A DNA stretch of 5,241 bases from an archaeon (GCA_024275415.1 JAJRZD010000097.1:1-5241); one strand, 5' to 3'; counted from the stretch's first letter, positions 1 to 5,241 are shown. Notes: a model not told the origin generated them from the sequence alone. Numbers and translations are program-made.

Positions 1-447
1 AACGACTGTCATGCTTGTGCTGATCTCGTACAGCTCGACCAGCCCGATCGAAACTGTAGTTTTGCTTGTGTCAGCCTGCGGGACAGTGAAACTCTGCAGG
101 CTTGCGTAATATGATCCCGCAGGACTGAAAACATATATGTTCGAACCCATTGCATATGTATCAGACGTTGTGAACGCACCATTCGACGGCACGACAGGTT
201 CCCAATTCGTCAAGTCATCAGACACGTATATTGTGTCGTTCACTTTCGTGTTCGATCCCTTTCCGATCAAGACGCCTGAGATGTATACCGGCTCTCCTGT
301 GCCATCATCATCATCTGGCTCTGGTGGAAACACGCTAAAAGGCGTAGTGAGAATGAAGCTAATCAGCAATAGTACTGCTACAGCTCCTACAGCAATTCCT
401 GCGCCCTGCATTACACTCCCAGAGAAGCTATTCTTTTTCTTACCCAT
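1..447 (-). CDS. Hypothetical membrane-anchored, extracellular beta-rich protein (N-terminal 149 aa only; runs off the left edge)
   Basis: Manual translation from the ATG at 447-445 is open to base 1: MGKKKNSFSGSVMQGAGIAVGAVAVLLISFILTTPFSVFPPEPDDDGTGEPVYISGVLIGKGSNTKVNDTIYVSDDLTNWEPVVPSNGAFTTSDTYAMGSNIYVFSPAGSYYASLQSFTVPQADTSKTTVSIGLVELYEISTSMTVV. It has a basic N-terminus, one hydrophobic segment (~aa 15-31), a Pro/Asp linker, and then a Ser/Thr/Val/Tyr-rich region. A GGAGGAG SD lies at 463-457, 9 nt before the ATG, with an upstream BRE-TATA. The ORF track omits it because it has no stop in the window. Confidence 0.85.
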   Translation of the reverse strand, partial: MGKKKNSFSGSVMQGAGIAVGAVAVLLLISFILTTPFSVFPPEPDDDDGTGEPVYISGVLIGKGSNTKVNDTIYVSDDLTNWEPVVPSNGAFTTSDTYAMGSNIYVFSPAGSYYASLQSFTVPQADTSKTTVSIGLVELYEISTSMTVV

Positions 448-551
448 GTTGTACAACTCCTCCCTCGCAATCCCTCCATCCAGTCGCGTAGGGCGGAGGG
501 AAACCCTACGCTTGGATGTTGGCCACTACGTCCTCCCGACGGTTGACGTAT
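448..551 (-). promoter_or_regulatory. Structured ~100-nt 5' UTR (two hairpins plus possible pseudoknot), candidate cis-regulatory RNA
   Basis: Minus-strand RNA: UACGUC-AACCGUCGGGAG-GACGUA (550-527), then CAUCCA-A-GCGUAGGG-UUUCCCUCCG-CCCUACGC-GAC-UGGAUG (518-477), then GAGGGAUUGCGAGGGAGGAG-UUGUACAAC-AUG. It contains perfect 6-bp, 6-bp and 8-bp stems, and the loop is complementary to downstream GGAGGGA and GAGGGAGG. The start point is inferred from TATA spacing. Confidence 0.6.
457..463 (-). promoter_or_regulatory. Shine-Dalgarno site of the left-edge gene
   Basis: GGAGGAG on the minus strand, 9 nt upstream of the ATG at 447. Confidence 0.7.
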
Positions 552-573
552 ATTCTATTACTATAATCACAAG

Positions 574-587
574 TATTTAAATTTACC
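574..587 (-). promoter_or_regulatory. Archaeal promoter: BRE plus TATA box driving the left-edge gene
   Basis: The minus strand reads GGTAAA (587-582, fits BRE consensus RNWAAW) directly followed by TTTAAATA (581-574). Standard spacing puts the TSS near 551-549, where TA initiator steps occur. Confidence 0.7.
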
Positions 588-606
588 ACTGCCAGTGGTG
601 GTAAAT
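581..606. repeat. Perfect 9-bp inverted repeat with 8-bp spacer (candidate operator)
   Basis: ATTTACCAC (581-589) - TGCCAGTG - GTGGTAAAT (598-606). It contains a nested ACCACT-GCC-AGTGGT (585-599). The repeat is directly visible; the operator role is inferred. Confidence 0.6.
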
Positions 607-666
607 CTGATGTATTAGAATAACAGACCGCATCATAATATCCTTATTAGAATGGTTTCCATCTAC

Positions 667-672
667 GAGGTG
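667..672 (+). promoter_or_regulatory. Shine-Dalgarno site of the hydrolase gene
   Basis: GAGGTG lies 9 nt upstream of the ATG at 682, supporting that start. Confidence 0.7.
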
Positions 673-681
673 TGAGTCAAG

Positions 682-1524
682 ATGAGATATGAGAAGAGCT
701 CTTACATCGGATACGATGGACTTAGGATGACAATGCCCATGTGGTTGCCGGATGATGACCGACCAAGAGCTCTTATCATAGCAATCCATAGTCTTGGTAG
801 TCATGGTTATACGCTCAGATTCATTGGAGAATATTTTGCTGAACGTGGGTTTGCAGTCTTTGCTCCAGATATGAGAGGATTCGGGAACTACTCAGGCTTG
901 AAAGGTCATGTCATGAACTTCGACGAGTATATCGAAGACATGTACAATATTGTAATGCAAGTCAAGGATCGATATCTGAACAAGATCACTTTCCTCCTTG
1001 GACACTCACTGGGAGGACAACATGTCATCCGGTATGTAACCACATACCCAAAGGATGTCGATGGCATAATCCTTGAGTGTCCATCAGTATCGGAGAGTCT
1101 AAATATTCCCATAACAAAATACATTGCAGGCCGCTTTTTGTCAATCCTGAATGTGAAGACCTATTTCACGAACGAAACGGATTTCAATTATGCATCCCAT
1201 GACCCCGAAGTGATAAAGGCCCATGAGGATGACCCACTCAGATTTGATCAGGTCACTCCCAGATTCGGAATAGAGGCTCTGAAGGCTACCAAGAAGGCTT
1301 TTGCTTGTGCGCCTGAGATAATTCTGCCTGCACTGGTTCTTCAGGCAGGTGATGACAAGATGGTCAACCCTGAAACGACAAAGGAGTTCTTTGACATGCT
1401 TGGATCCACAGACAAGACATGGATCATCTATGAGGGTTTTTACCACGAGCTGCATGCTGAATTGGAGCGTGAGAGAGTTCTTGGTGATATAGAAAAGTGG
1501 TTGGAAGTCAGGCTTCCAACCTAG
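682..1524 (+). CDS. Alpha/beta-fold hydrolase, monoacylglycerol lipase/lysophospholipase-like (Hydrolase_4 type), 280 aa
   Basis: Nucleophile elbow GHSLGG (Ser109, nt 1006-1008), D-x-RG-x-G motif (DMRGFG), acid residue in QAGDDKMV (Asp225), His in FYHELHAE (His255), and the DPL cap motif. An SD is present. Confidence 0.93.
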   Translation: MRYEKSSYIGYDGLRMTMPMWLPDDDRPRALIIAIHSLGSHGYTLRFIGEYFAERGFAVFAPDMRGFGNYSGLKGHVMNFDEYIEDMYNIVMQVKDRYLNKITFLLGHSLGGQHVIRYVTTYPKDVDGIILECPSVSESLNIPITKYIAGRFLSILNVKTYFTNETDFNYASHDPEVIKAHEDDPLRFDQVTPRFGIEALKATKKAFACAPEIILPALVLQAGDDKMVNPETTKEFFDMLGSTDKTWIIYEGFYHELHAELERERVLGDIEKWLEVRLPT

Positions 1525-1530
1525 AAATGC

Positions 1531-4347
1531 TCATTCTTTGGAGTGCCCAAAGATTATGTGGGGAGGAATAAACAGAGCCGGTAAACTGGTAACCACTATC
1601 AAGATCCAGTCCTCAATAGCAAGAGGCATGGTCTGAAAGAGTGGTTGCATGAATGGTGCGTAGATTGTGAGTAGTGTCAGTGTTACCGAGAGCAATATGG
1701 CACCCATCAGATAATTCGATTCTCTAATTGTGGTTCGCCAGATTGGGTGATATTCATCTCTGCAATTCCATACAAACAGAAGTTCAAAAGATACAACACT
1801 TGCAAAGACAGTGGTTCGTGCATGTTTTAGGATCTCAGACCAAAGAACACCACTTGGTGCCAACCCGGTTCTCCATTCAACATCTGTAAGGAGAGGGACA
1901 GTGATCCCGGGAATGACACCACCACTCAAACGCCATAGTGAAAACAGAAAGACCGTGGTAGATGCAAGAAAGGCAAAGAACCCGGCGATGAGGATGAAAG
2001 ATACCATTCCACGATCCATCATTCTTGAGCCTGGCTTTCTGGGAGGGCGTTCCATTACACCCTTCTCAGGTGGGTCTACTCCAAGAGCCAGAGCTGGGAA
2101 CCCGTCCGTTGCAAGGTTCAGCCATAGTATCTGTATTGCCGTGATAGGTAATGGTAGTCCAATCATGATGATTGTGAATACCAAGAACAACTCGTCAAAG
2201 TTCGCTGCAAGCAGGAATCTCACGAATTTCCTGATGTTAGAGTATATCTCTCGTCCTTTCTCCACTGCTGAAACGATGGTAGCAAAGTTGTCATCTGTGA
2301 GGATGACATCAGAAGCTTCTTTCGTGACATCTGCACCACGAATGCCCATGGATATCCCGACATCAGCCGCCTTGACAGCAGGAGCATCATTCACACCGTC
2401 TCCTGTCATCGCAACAATTTCATTCAATGCTTTCAAGGCGTTAACAATCTGAAGTTTATGTTCCGGTGCAACTCTGGCAAAAACATTGCAGTCCCTGACA
2501 CACTCGATGAACTCTCCTTCTGACATCTGGTCAATCTCAGCGCCAGTAAGCACCTGACCGTCTGCATCGACGAGACCAACATCCCGAGCAATTGCTCTTG
2601 CTGTTAGCTTGTGATCTCCGGTAATCATGATGGGTCGAATGCCAGCTTTCTTGCAGACCTCAATTGCATCACGAACCTCGTCACGGGGTGGGTCTATCAT
2701 CCCGACCAGAGCAACAAAGATGAGATCCTTCTCGACTTTCTCAGGTTCCCAATCCGGAATCTCATTCTCGATTGGGCGATATGCCAAGGCAAGTACCCTC
2801 AAAGCATTCTCTGCAAATCTTGCGTTCATTTCAAGAATCTTTTGTCTTTGAGAATCAGTAAGAGGAACGATTGACCCATTAGTACTGATGCGTGTACATA
2901 GTGAAAGGAGAATCTCAGGAGCTCCCTTCGCGAAGGCATAGTGCTTTCCATCCGATCCCGCATTGATAGAGGTCATTCTCTTGCGAGCAGAATCGAATGA
3001 GATCTCAGAAACCTCTGAATATTCCTGAAGGGTCGCTTCATAGGATACACCACCTTTCTCTGCAACGACCAGCAGGGCACCCTCCGTAGGATCACCGATG
3101 ACAGACCAGTCAGCTTTTCCTGATGGATCCTCCTGCAAAATGGTATTATTGCACAACTGACCAATCTTCAGAGCAAGTGTGAGATTGGAATCACTCAATG
3201 GATTGATGGTCTGGTCATTTAGGATGAATTCGCCAGCGCGGTTGTACCCTACACCTGTGACCTCGACTTCATTGTCGTCGATGTATATCGATCTGACAGT
3301 CATCTCGTTCTTCGTGATTGTTCCCGTCTTATCTGAGCAGATGATGGTGGTAGACCCCAGAGTTTCGACACTAGGAAGTCTTCGCACAATCGCGTTCTGT
3401 CTAACCATCCGTTGGACACCGATGGCTAAAGTGATGGTAACTACAGCTGGTAAACCTTCGGGAATGGCCGATACTGCTAATGCTATGGCAGCCATGAGTT
3501 CTTCAATCAGGCTATCTGAAACATTTCGTATCACTTCAGCAGCGAAGACGATAATGGTCATGATGATAATCACTGTACCAAGCTTCTTCCCCAGGTCGTC
3601 CAAGTCTATCTGGAGCGGGGTCATATCCTTCTCGCTTTCTTGAACCATCTCTGCAATTTTCCCGAACTGGGTTCTCATACCGGTTTCGGTGACTATTGCT
3701 CTACCCTTTCCAGCCGTCACCACAGTCCCTTGAAAGACCATATTCTTCATATCGCCTACGACCGGTCGGTCAAGATGGATAGGTTCCGTGACCTTTCGTA
3801 CCGCATGGGATTCACCTGTCAATGGTGCCTCGTCAGCAGCGAGACCCACAGAATAAATCACTCGTGCATCCGCAGGAACAAGGTCTCCCGCTTCAAAACC
3901 AATCAAGTCACCAGGAACGAGCTCACGAGATTCGATCGTTTTCCAGAAACCATCTCTCATGACCTTTGCGCGAGGAGCGGCCATCTGTTTGAGCGCTTCC
4001 AGTGCTTGCTCAGATTTGAATTCCTGTACGAACCCGAAGACCGCATTGAAAATCACTATCGCAGTGATAACAAACGCATCAATCAACCCACCTTCTTCAT
4101 GTGCACCAGGTATGAACGATGCCACCAGTGAGATGAGGATGGCAATCAAAAGGATTATCACCATAGGATCCATGAACTGATTAAGAAACATACGAAGTGG
4201 GCTAATGCCACCAGTTTCAACAAGCTCATTGGGCCCATATGTTTCAAAGCGCTTGATTGCTTCATTAGAAGATAGTCCCGTGTCTGATGTGTCAAGGGAA
4301 GCCTTGACATAATCGACATCATTAGAGTACCAATGATCATCAACCAT
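1531..4347 (-). CDS. P-type ATPase, type IIA (SERCA-like Ca2+-transporting ATPase)
   Basis: Motifs TGES (3819-3808), PEGL (3462-3451), phosphorylation site DKTGT (3333-3319), KGAPE, DPPR, TGD, GDGVND (2403-2386), TM5 AANFDE and TM6 NLATDG, with about 10 hydrophobic segments. The start is placed at ATG 4347 because a GGAGA SD (4359-4355) lies 7 nt upstream. The ORF-track start at 4374 is a TTG. Confidence 0.96.
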   Translation of the reverse strand: MVDDHWYSNDVDYVKASLDTSDTGLSSNEAIKRFETYGPNELVETGGISPLRMFLNQFMDPMVIILLIAILISLVASFIPGAHEEGGLIDAFVITAIVIFNAVFGFVQEFKSEQALEALKQMAAPRAKVMRDGFWKTIESRELVPGDLIGFEAGDLVPADARVIYSVGLAADEAPLTGESHAVRKVTEPIHLDRPVVGDMKNMVFQGTVVTAGKGRAIVTETGMRTQFGKIAEMVQESEKDMTPLQIDLDDLGKKLGTVIIIMTIIVFAAEVIRNVSDSLIEELMAAIALAVSAIPEGLPAVVTITLAIGVQRMVRQNAIVRRLPSVETLGSTTIICSDKTGTITKNEMTVRSIYIDDNEVEVTGVGYNRAGEFILNDQTINPLSDSNLTLALKIGQLCNNTILQEDPSGKADWSVIGDPTEGALLVVAEKGGVSYEATLQEYSEVSEISFDSARKRMTSINAGSDGKHYAFAKGAPEILLSLCTRISTNGSIVPLTDSQRQKILEMNARFAENALRVLALAYRPIENEIPDWEPEKVEKDLIFVALVGMIDPPRDEVRDAIEVCKKAGIRPIMITGDHKLTARAIARDVGLVDADGQVLTGAEIDQMSEGEFIECVRDCNVFARVAPEHKLQIVNALKALNEIVAMTGDGVNDAPAVKAADVGISMGIRGADVTKEASDVILTDDNFATIVSAVEKGREIYSNIRKFVRFLLAANFDELFLVFTIIMIGLPLPITAIQILWLNLATDGFPALALGVDPPEKGVMERPPRKPGSRMMDRGMVSFILIAGFFAFLASTTVFLFSLWRLSGGVIPGITVPLLTDVEWRTGLAPSGVLWSEILKHARTTVFASVVSFELLFVWNCRDEYHPIWRTTIRESNYLMGAILLSVTLTLLTIYAPFMQPLFQTMPLAIEDWILIVVTSLPALFIPPHIIFGHSKE

Positions 4348-4354
4348 TTTGTCT

Positions 4355-4359
4355 TCTCC
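4355..4359 (-). promoter_or_regulatory. Shine-Dalgarno site of the ATPase gene
   Basis: GGAGA lies 7 nt upstream of the ATG at 4347. Confidence 0.55.
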
Positions 4360-4413
4360 AGGCGAGAACATCAACCTTAGAGTTGCTCAGGTGAGGACAG
4401 CCAAATGAGAGAA

Positions 4414-4455
4414 GAAAAAGATATCGGAGCGCTCACACGCATTTCGAAAAAGATA
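4414..4455. repeat. 10-bp direct repeat GAAAAAGATA x2 (32-nt period) in the divergent intergenic region
   Basis: Exact copies at 4414-4423 and 4446-4455. Short palindromes GAGCGCTC (4427-4434) and TTTCGAAA (4442-4449) lie within the same stretch. Function unknown. Confidence 0.4.
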
Positions 4456-4497
4456 ATTGACTATTGGGATGCATCCTTGACTTACTGAGGGATGTTT

Positions 4498-5169
4498 ATG
4501 ACTGAGAAAGCAAAATACAGTTTCAAATGTCTGGGAAAAGAATGTGAAACTCAAGCATGTCACCTTAGAGAGCAAATAACTGTCACTCTCGGGGACATCT
4601 CGAGATGGACAGCTGGAGGACAATTGCAGCACATCATTGACAAGCTGATAGTATTTCCAGACCGAGAGGAGAACAATCTCCTTGCCATTGCTGTGCTCAA
4701 AAAGCCTCTGAAGGAGAACCCAGAAAAGTCAGCCTGTTTCTTCTATGACGAAGAAACAAAGAGCTGTGGCATTCTCTATTCAAAGCCTATCTCATGCAGG
4801 ACATACCCTCTTGCATATAATGGCAGCAAGTATTTCGTGAGTGACAAGAACTGCCCTGGCGTGGGGAAGGGCGAGGTGACAAAAGAAGCGTTGAAAGCTG
4901 CAAAGGAACTAGCTGAACAGGAACACACTGAGAGACTATTCACAAGACACGTTCTACCTGGTTTCTATTCAGTAATTATGAATACTGTCGCTATCCAGAA
5001 CCAGATGGCTATGAGCAACCTATCCGAAGAGGATAGAGCAAAGCTAGAAGAGCTAATGAAAAAAGCAGCGCCCGAACCGCCTGTACCAGAAACCCCGCAT
5101 ACAGAAACAGGGCAGGAGGGGTCAGAGAACGGTACGAGCCAACCCTCATCGAATGTCAATGATGAATAG
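4498..5169 (+). CDS. YkgJ-family cysteine-cluster protein (putative Zn or Fe-S binding; CxxCxxCC-like family)
   Basis: N-terminal C-x4-C-x4-CH, then C-FF, C-GILYSKPISCRTYP (family pattern C.IY..RP..C..YP) and CPGVGKG. The start is placed at ATG 4498 because GAGGGA (4487-4492) overlaps the ORF-track ATG at 4492 but is properly spaced for 4498. The C-terminal tail is Pro/Glu/Ser-rich and low-complexity. Confidence 0.85.
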   Translation: MTEKAKYSFKCLGKECETQACHLREQITVTLGDISRWTAGGQLQHIIDKLIVFPDREENNLLAIAVLKKPLKENPEKSACFFYDEETKSCGILYSKPISCRTYPLAYNGSKYFVSDKNCPGVGKGEVTKEALKAAKELAEQEHTERLFTRHVLPGFYSVIMNTVAIQNQMAMSNLSEEDRAKLEELMKKAAPEPPVPETPHTETGQEGSENGTSQPSSNVNDE

Positions 5170-5241
5170 ATCCTTTGGGGAATAAGTCAGGACTTCAAGA
5201 CCATCGGATGTTATTGCAGCAAGATCCTCAATGCGCACTCC
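5146..5241 (-). CDS. Xaa-Pro aminopeptidase/prolidase (M24 family), C-terminal 31 aa only; gene enters from the right edge
   Basis: Manual translation 5241->5146: GVRIEDLAAITSDGLEVLTYSPKDLFIIDIR*. It matches the characteristic M24B C-terminus GVRIED...T..G.E.LT..PK, including the metal-ligand Glu. Not in the ORF track. Confidence 0.88.
   Translation of the reverse strand, partial: GVRIEDLAAITSDGLEVLTYSPKDLFIIDIR

Noticed and set aside
355-447. Left-edge protein as a type IV pilin or archaellin (class III signal peptide)
   Set aside because: There is no [KR]-[GA] cleavage motif directly before the hydrophobic stretch; eight polar or small residues separate the lysines from the helix.
500-530. 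Resemblance of CCAAGCGUAGGG to the 3' end of a TPP riboswitch (CCAGCGUAGGGA)
   Set aside because: The conserved CUGAGA and other 5' TPP aptamer elements are absent, and here GCGUAGGG has a perfect local partner in a simple hairpin.
448-560. Leader as a tRNA, tRNA-Sec, SECIS, C/D-box RNA or HDV-like ribozyme
   Set aside because: No cloverleaf or T-loop GTTC motif, no UCA anticodon arm, no tandem UGA/GA kink-turn, no paired C and D boxes, and I could not build the nested HDV double pseudoknot by hand. An Rfam scan would be the decisive test.
137-580. 147-aa + strand ORF
   Set aside because: It lies antisense to the better-supported minus-strand gene (signal anchor, SD, promoter), runs through the leader and TATA box, and has no SD or recognisable motif. 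Treated as a shadow ORF.
1141-1533. Possible TGA readthrough or selenocysteine extension of the ATPase: ORF 1141-1455 (-) is in the same frame, separated only by the TGA at 1533-1531
   Set aside because: The extension is the in-register antisense of the hydrolase gene, a common cause of open shadow frames. The ATPase is already complete after TM10, and I see no SECIS-like element.
1811-4180. + strand ORFs 1811-2452, 2611-2874, 2627-2851, 3179-3643, 3640-4131 and 3959-4180
   Set aside because: All are antisense to the strongly conserved ATPase and lack motifs or SD support.
583-5159. Small ORFs 583-804, 906-1124, 2973-3164, 4158-4343, 4387-4632 and 4965-5159 (all -)
   Set aside because: They overlap well-supported genes in alternative frames or strands and have no recognisable features.
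1-5241. CRISPR array, transposase or IS ends, rRNA or tRNA genes, defence systems
   Set aside because: No regularly spaced repeats, terminal inverted repeats with target duplications, or matching motifs were seen. Coding density leaves only two short intergenic regions.
682-5241. Hydrolase, Ca2+-ATPase, YkgJ protein and peptidase as one functional system
   Set aside because: The genes alternate in orientation (+,-,+,-), cannot be co-transcribed and share no evident pathway. This looks like ordinary housekeeping juxtaposition unless synteny shows otherwise.

Overview
An archaeal-type chromosomal window, judged from a consensus BRE-TATA promoter and GAGGTG/GGAGG ribosome-binding sites. The protein styles would fit an Asgard lineage such as Thorarchaeota, but that is an unverified impression. 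There are five supportable genes: (1) a partial minus-strand gene for a membrane-anchored, beta-rich surface-type protein (<1-447, missed by the ORF track); (2) an alpha/beta-hydrolase of the monoacylglycerol lipase/lysophospholipase type (682-1524, +); (3) a SERCA-like P2A Ca2+-ATPase (1531-4347, -); (4) a YkgJ-type Cys-cluster protein (4498-5169, +); (5) the C-terminal tail of an M24 Xaa-Pro peptidase (5146->5241, -, also missed). The most unusual element is the ~100-nt leader of gene 1 (448-551, -). It starts about where the promoter predicts transcription to begin and can fold into two hairpins. The pyrimidine loop of the second hairpin can form an H-type pseudoknot with a nearby purine block or instead pair with the Shine-Dalgarno sequence, which suggests a translational RNA switch. 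A 9-bp inverted repeat overlaps the BRE of the same promoter. All RNA structures were paired by hand; no folding or database searches were run.
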